Positions 29,581-38,966 are shown, counted from the stretch's first letter. The stretch is DNA of 64,000 nucleotides from an uncultured Bacilli bacterium (GCA_947630495.1 CANRHS010000001.1:157-64156), one strand, 5' to 3'. Notes: generated by a model from the sequence alone, not told the origin. Numbers and translations are program-made.

Positions 29581-29650
29581 TCTCCCAATCTTAGGCAACC
29601 GTCTAAGATTGGGAGTGCTAATTTCTTTCGCCGAAAGAAATTAGTTTACC
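29581..29650 (-). other. Two adjacent strong hairpins between the secreted gene and the TR-like remnant
   Basis: ctcccaatcttag-N8-ctaagattgggag (13-bp stem) and ctaatttctttcg..cgaaagaaattag (about 12-bp stem). Confidence 0.45.
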
Positions 29651-29733
29651 ACTATTTTATTTATTCTCTATCTTCCCATCTTATCACTGTATCAAATTAG
29701 CCGGTCCCTCTCGGACTTCGCCCTCGTTGGGAC

Positions 29734-31233
29734 TCAGGATATCAAGGTGTAAGGTGCTGTCAAACTTCCATCATTATTTCCTGTTATTTGTACGGTGGAT
29801 TTAAGATAAATGGCTGCGCGGACGCCGCAATAGACACTCGCGATGTAGTAGTACACACGGCCACTACTGCCCCAGAGAGCGACATAGTTAGAGCCATAGG
29901 AAGACGGCGACAAGAACCATTCGCCAGCCGGGTTGGCTGTTTTATATAGCCAACTTGTTCCTACTACTGTACTTGTAAATCCTGAAATTCCTGTTTTTGT
30001 TGTCCAATAACTACTATCTACACTATACCCATAATCACTTGGATACATTAATCCTATTTTTCCTGTCCATGGATTATAATCTGATGTACTTCTTTCTTGC
30101 GTATATAAATTTACTGTTGTTGCTTCATATGTTACTTTTCCTAAATACCATTTTGCTTCTTCATATATCATATTTTGTGCTTTACTTGTTAATGATGTTA
30201 AATAACTTCCATTTAAATATGTATTTACTTCCGATGATGTCCAACTTGGATTATTGCTACTATTCCATACCATTGAAGATGATGATACACTATTTCTTAC
30301 TATCTTCATATGTTCATTTTCACTATCATCTTTAAAGATTCCTATTATTCGCCATGTTTCACAATTACTTGAATTTTGTTCACTTGTACTATCGCTACAA
30401 TTGAAATATACATAATTATTTACTGTCTCTCCTGAATATCTATATTCTCTTATTGTTGATTTATCAGCACTTTTATCTGTAATTGGTTCACAACTTTCTT
30501 CACTACATGTTGTTGGTATTCCTATCAATCCATCCGTTCCTAACTTGGCTTTTAACATTTCAGTTGCTACTACTGTTGTTGGGGTTTCTTGTTCTTCTTC
30601 TAATGTCTTTTCTTCAAAGTCTCCATTGACTGATACTTTTACTGATGCAAAAGCGTCACGATTCCAGGTTTCCATGTCCATATCTGATGTTTCGGCATCA
30701 TCTCCTGAACCTAAATGCATTTCATTTGATACCCACATATATAACTTATAGGTAATTGTTATTTCATCAGTTTGATTTGCTGCTATTTTATTTACCCAGA
30801 TTTTTTTACCATCTTCAAAATTGTCATACTTTCCTTCAGCAATTACTTCTTGTTCTTCACCATCTGGTAATTGTTCAGTTAATCTAAATCTTAAGAACTC
30901 ATCTGGTATTCTTGTATGTCTATCAACTGGCTCGTCTCCCCATTTAATTACTATTTCATACCAGATTGGTTTTGTATATGTATTCTTTCCTTCTATTGTA
31001 AACTCGAATACTTGACTTGGGTCATATGTATTTGTTGGCATTGCATTTTGAATATTTATTGTAGAACTTCCTTCGGTATACTTCATATAAATATCTCCCG
31101 CAACGAGTTGTTGATTAGGGCCAACCTTAAAATAATTCCATAAGGCATATGTTCCTGTTATGATTAATGTTAATACTAATAATACTGCTCCTAGTATTAC
31201 CCATTTTCTCTTTTTTAAATATTTGTTTTCCAT
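29734..31233 (-). CDS. Secreted protein with a SipW-cognate-type signal peptide and a GC-rich C-terminal DUF1566/C-type-lectin-like variable-region-like segment
   Basis: N-terminus KKRKWVILGAVLLVLTLIITGTYALWNYF resembles the ...GTFAYF class of signal peptides. C-terminus SWLYKTANPAGEWFLSPSSYGSNYVALWGSSGRVYYYIASVYCGVRAAIYL is encoded by a locally >50% GC stretch (29737-29930). Confidence 0.55.
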   Translation of the reverse strand: MENKYLKKRKWVILGAVLLVLTLIITGTYALWNYFKVGPNQQLVAGDIYMKYTEGSSTINIQNAMPTNTYDPSQVFEFTIEGKNTYTKPIWYEIVIKWGDEPVDRHTRIPDEFLRFRLTEQLPDGEEQEVIAEGKYDNFEDGKKIWVNKIAANQTDEITITYKLYMWVSNEMHLGSGDDAETSDMDMETWNRDAFASVKVSVNGDFEEKTLEEEQETPTTVVATEMLKAKLGTDGLIGIPTTCSEESCEPITDKSADKSTIREYRYSGETVNNYVYFNCSDSTSEQNSSNCETWRIIGIFKDDSENEHMKIVRNSVSSSSMVWNSSNNPSWTSSEVNTYLNGSYLTSLTSKAQNMIYEEAKWYLGKVTYEATTVNLYTQERSTSDYNPWTGKIGLMYPSDYGYSVDSSYWTTKTGISGFTSTVVGTSWLYKTANPAGEWFLSPSSYGSNYVALWGSSGRVYYYIASVYCGVRAAIYLKSTVQITGNNDGSLTAPYTLIS

Positions 31234-31422
31234 ATTTTCTTATCCTCCTTTACATGGTCCACTATTTTAATAATATTATAAGATAAATACTTGGACTTTT
31301 CAAGTCTTTTTGAGAGAAACTCAAAAAAAGACATAGAAAAGGATAGTATTAGTATACTACTTCTCTATGTCTAAATTTGTCGAACAATATAAATTTAATT
31401 TGTACTAATATTGATAGACCCC

Positions 31423-31430
31423 CCCCATGG
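31423..31430. repeat. C8/G8 homopolymer tract in the upstream region of the secreted gene
   Basis: ttgatagaCCCCCCCCatgg, about 190 bp upstream of the start codon at 31233. Confidence 0.6.
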
Positions 31431-31559
31431 TAAACTGATTGCAAACTATAGTTCTTGATACATTTAGTAATTTTACAGCATTTTTTACCATACTCGGGTT
31501 CCTCCTTTATCTTATATGAATATCTTATCATATTTAGATAAATAGTCAAGTACTTTTAC

Positions 31560-32258
31560 TTAATTTCTTTTTAAATCTGATATTGTTTTTACTTTATCTT
31601 TATATTCTTTATTATAAGAAACTAATTCAGTTATAAAATTCATGAATAAATCTAAATCATGAATTTCAAGATCTAATATTAAATCTTTATATTCTTGATA
31701 TAACTTTCTTAATTTATCACTTTTAAAATTAGATTCTTCTAAATCAATAGTTCTAAATAAACTTTTAAGAAGACTATGATTTAAATTATTTATATTATAA
31801 ATTAAAGAATTTTTTAATTTATACCATTCACTTGTATCTATTATATTAAATTCATTACTAGAATTATCATATAAAATATTAACTCCTACTAAATCAGCCA
31901 TATAAATATTCGGAAATTTTTCTATTTCAAGTCTTATTTTATTATAAGCATTAATTAAATTATCTATTAATAAACTACTATCTAAACCTAAATAAATATC
32001 TTTTCCTTTTAAATAATTCATAGTATATGCTTTAATTAAATTACTATCTTCTAAATAATATATATCTTTAGGAAACGCAATATTAGGTGAAGTATGATCT
32101 TTTATATAAATATTTTTATATTTCCTAACTGTTTTAAATATTTTAATAACAGTATCTTTATTTAAAAAGTAACAAGACCCTTCTTTACCTTTGGCAAGAA
32201 AAGTATTATTACTTTCTATTTCTAATATATCTATAATATTAACTAAGACTTTACCCAT
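31560..32258 (-). CDS. Small protein-kinase-like/phosphotransferase-fold protein, translationally coupled to nusG
   Basis: Gly-rich loop and Lys (KGKEGSCYFLNKDTVIKIFK), catalytic-loop-like IYMADLVGVNILYD, DFG-like FNIIDTSEW. The ATG starts 2 nt after the nusG TAG. Confidence 0.4.
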   Translation of the reverse strand: MGKVLVNIIDILEIESNNTFLAKGKEGSCYFLNKDTVIKIFKTVRKYKNIYIKDHTSPNIAFPKDIYYLEDSNLIKAYTMNYLKGKDIYLGLDSSLLIDNLINAYNKIRLEIEKFPNIYMADLVGVNILYDNSSNEFNIIDTSEWYKLKNSLIYNINNLNHSLLKSLFRTIDLEESNFKSDKLRKLYQEYKDLILDLEIHDLDLFMNFITELVSYNKEYKDKVKTISDLKRN

Positions 32259-32259
32259 T

Positions 32260-32799
32260 CTAAGCCTTCTTTATTTGACTTAATTCACATTCAATGGTTG
32301 TTTCTTGTCCAAATAAGTCAACAACAGCATTAACAATCTTATTTTCTTCATCAATAGACTCAATTTTACCAAACATACCAGAAAAAGGTCCATCAACAAT
32401 CTTAATAGAATCTCCAATATTAAGATCATTCTTAATATCAATTCGATTCATACCCATGCTATTTAGGATATTATCAACTTCATAAGGTTGAAGTGGGGTA
32501 GGTTTAGCTCCTTTTCCACTTGATCCAATAAATCCGGTTACTCCTGGAGTGTTACGAACAATAAACCATGCTTCATCACTCATTATCATTTCAACTAAGA
32601 TATAACCTGGAAATAACTTCTTAACTTTTTCTTTTTGAACTCCATTTTTATCTTCAACCATTACTTTTTCTTCGGGTACAATAACTCTAAAGATATAATC
32701 TTTCATATCCATAGAATTTGCACGCATCTCTAGTTTCTCTTTAACTTTATTTTCATGTCCTGAATAGGTATTAACAACATACCATTGCTTCTCATCCAT
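32260..32799 (-). CDS. nusG: Transcription termination/antitermination factor NusG
   Basis: 179 aa. NGN domain WYVVNTYSGHENKV and a KOW motif. Confidence 0.9.
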   Translation of the reverse strand: MDEKQWYVVNTYSGHENKVKEKLEMRANSMDMKDYIFRVIVPEEKVMVEDKNGVQKEKVKKLFPGYILVEMIMSDEAWFIVRNTPGVTGFIGSSGKGAKPTPLQPYEVDNILNSMGMNRIDIKNDLNIGDSIKIVDGPFSGMFGKIESIDEENKIVNAVVDLFGQETTIECELSQIKKA

Positions 32800-32817
32800 C
32801 TTTAACCCTCCTTACTC

Positions 32818-33072
32818 TTATACTAAACTCTTAACAAATGCCATTACTAATTCTATAATATAGAAATAAACAGCAAAGAATATTACAAAGAAAATAGTTG
32901 CAACACTATACTTAACCATATCTTTACGATTAGGAAAATGTACTTTACTCATTTCTTTTTTAATACTCTTAAGTAACCCTTCTTTTTTCTCTTTACTCTT
33001 TTTTTCTTTTTTGACTTCTTTTTTCTCAACTTTCTTAGTTGTCTTTTTAGTCTCTTTTTCTTTCTTACTCAT
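32818..33072 (-). CDS. secE: Preprotein translocase subunit SecE
   Basis: Lys-rich N-terminus plus a single C-terminal TM (VATIFFVIFFAVYFYII). Lies upstream of nusG. Confidence 0.7.
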   Translation of the reverse strand: MSKKEKETKKTTKKVEKKEVKKEKKSKEKKEGLLKSIKKEMSKVHFPNRKDMVKYSVATIFFVIFFAVYFYIIELVMAFVKSLV

Positions 33073-33167
33073 CTTTATCTCCTTTTTTAAGTAAATTAAA
33101 AAACACTCTTTCGTGTTCATGTATATAAAATACCATACATTTACCAAAAAATCAAGTGTTTTTTGCA

Positions 33168-34499
33168 TTATTTTGTAAATAAATCATCTAATCCATCAAA
33201 ACTTAAATGGGTTGAAGTAAAACCTCTTAACCTTGAATTAAGTTCATTATCACTTTCTGTATAACAATCTTCATTATATTTTCTTAAAATAGATGCTATT
33301 ATTTTTTCATCATCTGTTTCAACAAAATTTCTTAAATTAATAGTTTCATTATCATTTAATAAATAAGCATTGTTATCATTTACTCTTATTCCTAAATCTT
33401 GCATAAATACTTTAACACTATTAGATGGATTAATATTTATATAAGTTTTATATAATTTATCTAATTCATCATTAGTTATATCTCTTTTACAAGTTAATTC
33501 TACATCTTCATTATAAATAACTTTTAAAATACTTTTTCTTTTATTTATTATATTAACTCTTTCTTTATAATTCTTTTTAGTTCTTAAATATATATTATAT
33601 AATTTATTAATAGTATTACTATTAGCATATCCATCTTTTAATAAAGTATCATCATCAAGTAGATAAATACCATCACTATTTAATCTAATACCATAGATAT
33701 TTATAAAATCTGAAAACTCTATTATATCTAAATCTTCATCTTCTTTTGAATGAATACTTTTATAATGTTCTGCTAAAATAACTAATTCATATGCTGATAT
33801 TTCTATATCATCTAAAACTAATATATCAGTTTCTCTTATAATTGATAGTATTTCATATCTAAGACTTAATTCTTTTTGTTGTCTTTCCTTTAATATTTCT
33901 ACTTCATCGATAGATAATTTATTAGGATAATTTGCTGTTAAATAAGTTCGTAATTTATTATTATTAGTTTGATTAGCAAAAGCATTTTCTTTTATATCTT
34001 GAGGTCTATAACCATCTAAAATTAAAGTTTTAATTAAAACAATTCTTAAATCTCCTTTATATTGAATTATATTATAATTTGTATTTTTAGGTACTTCTAT
34101 ATTATTTTTAACTAAAATAATAGATTTAGGACTTAAAGGAAAATTATTTTTTAATTTAGTATTTGTAACATCAAGTTTTCTTGTATTATTCATTTGTTCT
34201 TCTAAAGGTTCTAGAATAACTATATCTGATGCATTTCTTATACCATTTAAAGTAACACTTTCTATATCTTTAGAATCTAAAGTATTATTTTCTGGTAATT
34301 TATTGGTTGTTATTACTAATACTAAATCTTTATAAGTAAAATCATCAGGAAAAGTTAAATTAAGACAATCATCTAAGTATTCAATGTATTTATCATTTAT
34401 ATGATGATGTTCTTTTAATGTTTTAATTACTTTTCTTGCTACTAAATCTAATTTTAATCTTTCTAATTCTTGATCATTTTTTTCTAATACGTTTTGCAT
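33168..34499 (-). CDS. Hypothetical protein
   Basis: 443-aa ORF; no motifs recognised. Confidence 0.3.
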   Translation of the reverse strand: MQNVLEKNDQELERLKLDLVARKVIKTLKEHHHINDKYIEYLDDCLNLTFPDDFTYKDLVLVITTNKLPENNTLDSKDIESVTLNGIRNASDIVILEPLEEQMNNTRKLDVTNTKLKNNFPLSPKSIILVKNNIEVPKNTNYNIIQYKGDLRIVLIKTLILDGYRPQDIKENAFANQTNNNKLRTYLTANYPNKLSIDEVEILKERQQKELSLRYEILSIIRETDILVLDDIEISAYELVILAEHYKSIHSKEDEDLDIIEFSDFINIYGIRLNSDGIYLLDDDTLLKDGYANSNTINKLYNIYLRTKKNYKERVNIINKRKSILKVIYNEDVELTCKRDITNDELDKLYKTYININPSNSVKVFMQDLGIRVNDNNAYLLNDNETINLRNFVETDDEKIIASILRKYNEDCYTESDNELNSRLRGFTSTHLSFDGLDDLFTK

Positions 34500-34512
34500 A
34501 AATAACTCCTAA

Positions 34513-35133
34513 CTATTTTAAAATAAAAGTATAAATAAATAAGCCAATTAAGTAGAGTAAGGCAAGAATACTTGGAATAAATAGAATATTAACAAAAGCA
34601 TTGTTGTCTTGTTTTTCTATCTTATTGCTACTTAAAGCACGACCTGCTTCAGTTGCTAAAGTTTTTCGAAGATTAGTTTCTCTTCCGGCTTCTTGCTTTT
34701 TACTATCTAAATAATCATTTAAATAATTTATATTACCATTTATAAATAAATCTTCATAATATTCATAGAACTCATCTGGAATCTGTAAATTTTGATTAAA
34801 GTTTTTTATATTATAAACAATAAAATTATAATGATCTTGATTCATCTTACCATCTACTATTATATTATTAAAAGCCATTAACCCAATTTTTGCCATTTGA
34901 TAAATATTTATGTTGATATCTTTTGCTGGATTATGCTCAATAGGGGAGATTATACCTTTAAAATTATTAAGATCAGGAGTATTATTTACTAATATTATTT
35001 TTTTAGGATTAAAATCAATTATAAAGAAACCTTTGCTATGAATATATTTAACTGTTATATCTAATAGTTTTAAAACATCAGTAAGCATTTCGGGATTTTC
35101 TTTACATTGTTCTAATAAATCACTTAATAACAT
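34513..35133 (-). CDS. Hypothetical C-tail-anchored membrane protein, possibly a degenerate kinase-like fold
   Basis: C-terminal TM ILFIPSILALLYLIGLFIYTFIL; KGFFIIDFNPKKIILVNN. Confidence 0.3.
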   Translation of the reverse strand: MLLSDLLEQCKENPEMLTDVLKLLDITVKYIHSKGFFIIDFNPKKIILVNNTPDLNNFKGIISPIEHNPAKDININIYQMAKIGLMAFNNIIVDGKMNQDHYNFIVYNIKNFNQNLQIPDEFYEYYEDLFINGNINYLNDYLDSKKQEAGRETNLRKTLATEAGRALSSNKIEKQDNNAFVNILFIPSILALLYLIGLFIYTFILK

Positions 35134-35204
35134 AGCAACACCTCCTAGTCTATAATAAGTATAACATAAATTTCTGAAAAATGAACAAAAAATTGCAAGA
35201 TTTT

Positions 35205-37604
35205 CTATCTTGCAACGATATTTACGATTTTATTTTTAATAACTATTACTTTTACGATTTCTTTTCCTTCTAAATGTTTTTCTACATTTTCATTGGAAAG
35301 AGCTAGTTTTTGAATTTTATTTTCAGTTGAATCCATTGGTACTTCGATAGTTCCTCTTAACTTACCATTTACTTGAACAGCAATGGTTACTGTTTCGGAT
35401 ACTAATTTATCAGGATCATATTTTGGCCATTTAGATTCGCATAAATGAGCACCTAACTCATATTGTTCATTTAATTCTTCGGTAATGTGAGGTGCCATTG
35501 GGTTAAGTAGAAGAAGGAAAGTTCGATAGTCTTTTTTAGTAATATTTTCTAGTTTTTCCATTTCATTTAATAAAATCATTAAACTAGAAATGGCTGTATT
35601 ATATTTTAAGTTATCTAAATCTTCTCCAACTTTTTTAATGGTTTTATTGATTAGAACTTCAAGAGTAGGGGTATAAGTTGTTTTACTATTTAATTTAGAG
35701 GCTATTCGAGAAACTCTATCAAGGAATTTTTTACATCCATTTAAACTATTGGTATTCCAACTAACTTCTTTTTCATAATCTCCAATAAACATTTCATAAA
35801 CTCTTAAAGCATCGGCTCCGTATTCATTGATACAATCATTTGGATTAATAACATTTCCTTTTGATTTACTCATTTTTTCACCATTAGAACCCAGGATCAT
35901 TCCGTGACTGGTACGAAGTTTAAATGGTTCTTTATTAGGAACTAAGCCTTGATCATATAGGAAGTTGTTCCAGAATCTAGCATAAAGTAAGTGTCTAGTT
36001 GCATGTTCCATTCCTCCGTTATACCAATCAACTTTACCAAAGTAATTTAGGGCTTCTTGAGAGACAAATTCTTTGTCATTATGTGGATCCATATAACGAA
36101 GCCAATACCAAGATGAACCGGCCCAGTTAGGCATTGTATCAGTTTCTCTTTTTGCAGGAGCCCCACATTTAGGACAAGTTGTATTAACAAACTCAGAGAT
36201 TGATGCTAAAGGACTTTCACCAGTATCGGTTGGTTCGTAGGATGCAACATTTGGAAGTTTAACTGGCAAGTCTTCATAAGGAACAGGAACCCAACCACAT
36301 TTATCACATTTAATCATTGGAATAGGTTCACCCCAGAATCTTTGTCTTGAGAAGACCCAATCTTGAAGACGATATTTAACTGATGCATGACCAATTCCTT
36401 CTTGTTCTAAGAAATTTATCATTTTAGCAATAGCCTCTTCTTTGGTTTTAATACCATTTAGGAAACTAGAGTTAACCATTTCGCCATCTCCAACATAGGC
36501 TTCTTTGGAAATGTCTCCACCTTTTATAACTTCAATTATATCAATATTAAATTTTTTTGCAAATTCATAGTCACGTTCATCATGAGCCGGAACAGCCATG
36601 ATCGCACCAGTTCCATAGCCCATCATTACATAGTCAGAAATGTAAACTGGAATTTTTGCTTTAGTAACTGGGTTAATGGCATAGAAGCCTAAGATTTTAA
36701 CTCCCGTTTTATCTTTATTAAGTTGAGTTCTTTCCATTTCACTTTTTCTACTAGCAAATTCTTGATATTCCTTAATTTCATCCATATTAAGAATTCTTTG
36801 TTCTAGATGTTTTAAAATAGGATGCTCGGGTGCGATAACCATGAAAGTTACTCCAAAGATGGTATCAGGTCTGGTTGTATAAACTCTTAGTTTTTCATCA
36901 GTATCATCAATTAAGAAATCAATCTCAGCTCCGGTTGATTTACCAATCCAATTAATTTGAGCTAACTTCGTTTTTTCTTGGAATTCGGTTTCATCTAACC
37001 CATCAAGTAATCTTTCTGCGTATTTCTTCATTCCAAGCATCCATTGCTCTTTTTCTTTATGAATAATTGGTCCTCCGCATCTTTCACAGCAACCACCTTC
37101 AACTTCTTCATTAGCAAGTCCTATCTTACAATTTGGACACCAGTTAATTGTTTTTTTGTCTTTATAAGCTAGTCCTGCTTCATAAAATTTTAGAAATTGC
37201 CACTGCGTCCATTTATAATACTCAGGATCAGTTGTTGCAAATTCTCTTGACCAATCAAAAGATAATCCTAAACTTTCAAGTTGTTTTTTAAAAGTTTTTA
37301 TATTTTCCTTTACGGCAACACTTGGATGAACATGGTTTTTAATTGCATATTCTTCAGCGGGAAGTCCAAAAGCATCCCATCCCATTGGGAATAAAACATT
37401 ATATCCTTCCATTCTCTTTTTTCTTGCAACTGCATCAAGGGATGCATAACTTCTAACATGTCCAACATGAAGTCCAGCTCCACTTGGATAAGGAAATTCT
37501 ACTAAAATATAGTATTTTTCCTTTGTACTATTATTTTTGGCTTCAAAAGTATGATTTTCTTTCCAATACTTTTGCCATTTTGCTTCAATTTTTTTTGTTT
37601 CCAT
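35205..37604 (-). CDS. leuS: Leucyl-tRNA synthetase
   Basis: 799 aa with HVGHVRSY (HIGH) and KMSKSKGN. Confidence 0.95.
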   Translation of the reverse strand: METKKIEAKWQKYWKENHTFEAKNNSTKEKYYILVEFPYPSGAGLHVGHVRSYASLDAVARKKRMEGYNVLFPMGWDAFGLPAEEYAIKNHVHPSVAVKENIKTFKKQLESLGLSFDWSREFATTDPEYYKWTQWQFLKFYEAGLAYKDKKTINWCPNCKIGLANEEVEGGCCERCGGPIIHKEKEQWMLGMKKYAERLLDGLDETEFQEKTKLAQINWIGKSTGAEIDFLIDDTDEKLRVYTTRPDTIFGVTFMVIAPEHPILKHLEQRILNMDEIKEYQEFASRKSEMERTQLNKDKTGVKILGFYAINPVTKAKIPVYISDYVMMGYGTGAIMAVPAHDERDYEFAKKFNIDIIEVIKGGDISKEAYVGDGEMVNSSFLNGIKTKEEAIAKMINFLEQEGIGHASVKYRLQDWVFSRQRFWGEPIPMIKCDKCGWVPVPYEDLPVKLPNVASYEPTDTGESPLASISEFVNTTCPKCGAPAKRETDTMPNWAGSSWYWLRYMDPHNDKEFVSQEALNYFGKVDWYNGGMEHATRHLLYARFWNNFLYDQGLVPNKEPFKLRTSHGMILGSNGEKMSKSKGNVINPNDCINEYGADALRVYEMFIGDYEKEVSWNTNSLNGCKKFLDRVSRIASKLNSKTTYTPTLEVLINKTIKKVGEDLDNLKYNTAISSLMILLNEMEKLENITKKDYRTFLLLLNPMAPHITEELNEQYELGAHLCESKWPKYDPDKLVSETVTIAVQVNGKLRGTIEVPMDSTENKIQKLALSNENVEKHLEGKEIVKVIVIKNKIVNIVAR

Positions 37605-37962
37605 TTTTTATCAATCCTTTCTTTTTGTAATACCTACCTATAAAACCATACGTTATTATAATAAGTGGTATAAATAATACTCCTCCAAAGATAATTGCAA
37701 GATAAATATTATTAATAAATCGCATTACAAATGTTGCAATAAAAGCTATATCAAAAGCACTTATTAAAGCAATTTTTTGCATAATACTAGTATACTTTAT
37801 CTTATCAATATCAAGGTTATATTTTTTAATTAAATATAAAAGTTCAACCGGAACTTTTTTCTTATTTATTTTTTTATGTCTTAATATTTGAAAAAAGAAA
37901 TAAAATAAATAAACAACCAGAAATGTTCCTAAGAACCAAATTAAATCACTTATAATAACCAC
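37585..37962 (-). CDS. Putative small polytopic membrane protein between the T-box leader and leuS
   Basis: Hydrophobic 125-aa ORF with a non-ATG start, overlapping the leuS start by 20 nt. May be spurious. Confidence 0.25.
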   Translation of the reverse strand: MVIISDLIWFLGTFLVVYLFYFFFQILRHKKINKKKVPVELLYLIKKYNLDIDKIKYTSIMQKIALISAFDIAFIATFVMRFINNIYLAIIFGGVLFIPLIIITYGFIGRYYKKKGLIKNGNKKN

Positions 37963-37963
37963 C

Positions 37964-38240
37964 TACCTTTATAAAAAGGATGATACCTAAAGGAGTGCAA
38001 AAGCACGGTACCATCCTAATTTTTACTTAATTATCTTAACGCGATTAACGAATTATTTTCCTAAAGACAAGTTCATATTTTTCTAATATTAGTTCTCACC
38101 AACCACTAACTCTCTTAAATTAGAAGAAATATTACTACTTCTTTAAATAATTTATACTGATATTAAACCACATATATATCTTTTTTGCAAGTATTTTTCG
38201 TAAATTTATTTATTTTTTTAAGAAACATTTACTTTTTATA
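37964..38240 (-). ncRNA. T-box riboswitch leader (tRNA-Leu sensing) for leuS
   Basis: Minus strand carries AATTAGGATGGTACCGTG (T-box consensus) at 37998-38015 followed by terminator arm ggtatcatcc + TTTTTAT. Confidence 0.6.
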
Positions 38241-38966
38241 CACTTTAGAATCTGTTTCTATACTCTCATCTAAGGTTTCTAATAATTCATTTCTAGTATT
38301 ATAAAACTCATCTTTATTTCTTAATTCATATTCATGTAATAAATATTCAATATCACTTAACATAGATATTATTTCTTGTTTTATATTTAATGTATATAGT
38401 TCTTGTTCTATCGTTCCATCTTCTTTCCTTACTAATAATACAATTTCTTTAAGTCTTAAGGATATTTTTGATTGCTCTTTAGATGTTAAATTTAATTTTT
38501 CCATTTCTTGAATTAATCTTTCTACTTCCTTAAAGATAATATTAGAAAAATTATTATTGGTTATATATTCCTTCTTTTCTTTAAAAACATTAGAATTAGG
38601 AAATTTATGTCTTAAATATTTATTTATTTCATTACCTTTGGTTTTAATAATCTTATATAAGATAAAAATAGAATATCTAAGGAATAAAAAGATTAAATGG
38701 ATACCTACTAAAGGTGTTAATAAAATGAGCGTTAAAAAACTTATCATAACTAATAAAATAACTGCAAATAAAATTATAAATAGTTTACCTTCTTTTTCTT
38801 CACTATTTAAGTTTAGTTTTGTGACGATTAAAGTTTTAATACTATCACTTAAATCTTTGATTCTTCTTATAATGGTTTCAGTTTTATTGGAATTTAAAAT
38901 TTTATCTATTAGTTTTGGCTTTTTATTTTCTTTAAGTAAGTCTTTTATTTCTTTCTCTTCTTCCAT
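38229..38966 (-). CDS. Hypothetical membrane protein
   Basis: Central TM pair; no motifs recognised. Confidence 0.3.
   Translation of the reverse strand: MEEEKEIKDLLKENKKPKLIDKILNSNKTETIIRRIKDLSDSIKTLIVTKLNLNSEEKEGKLFIILFAVILLVMISFLTLILLTPLVGIHLIFLFLRYSIFILYKIIKTKGNEINKYLRHKFPNSNVFKEKKEYITNNNFSNIIFKEVERLIQEMEKLNLTSKEQSKISLRLKEIVLLVRKEDGTIEQELYTLNIKQEIISMLSDIEYLLHEYELRNKDEFYNTRNELLETLDESIETDSKVYKK

Noticed and set aside
25861-29960. An active, complete diversity-generating retroelement
   Set aside because: No reverse transcriptase or avd ORF occurs anywhere in the window. The template-like copy differs from the VR at many non-adenine positions and is interrupted by the RIT element. I report it only as a DGR-like remnant or orphan template repeat.
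31349-31549. 66-aa ORF in the promoter region of the secreted gene
   Set aside because: No RBS, Cys/Lys-rich junk composition, and it overlaps the C8 tract. Most likely non-coding.
25636-33174. The roughly 30-bp repeat at 25636-25661 / 33146-33174 as terminal repeats of a large mobile element including secE-nusG
   Set aside because: Both copies read as ordinary sigma-A promoters (TTGATT -35 with upstream A-tract) for rplK and secE. Core housekeeping genes lie between them, so promoter duplication is a more parsimonious explanation than element ends.
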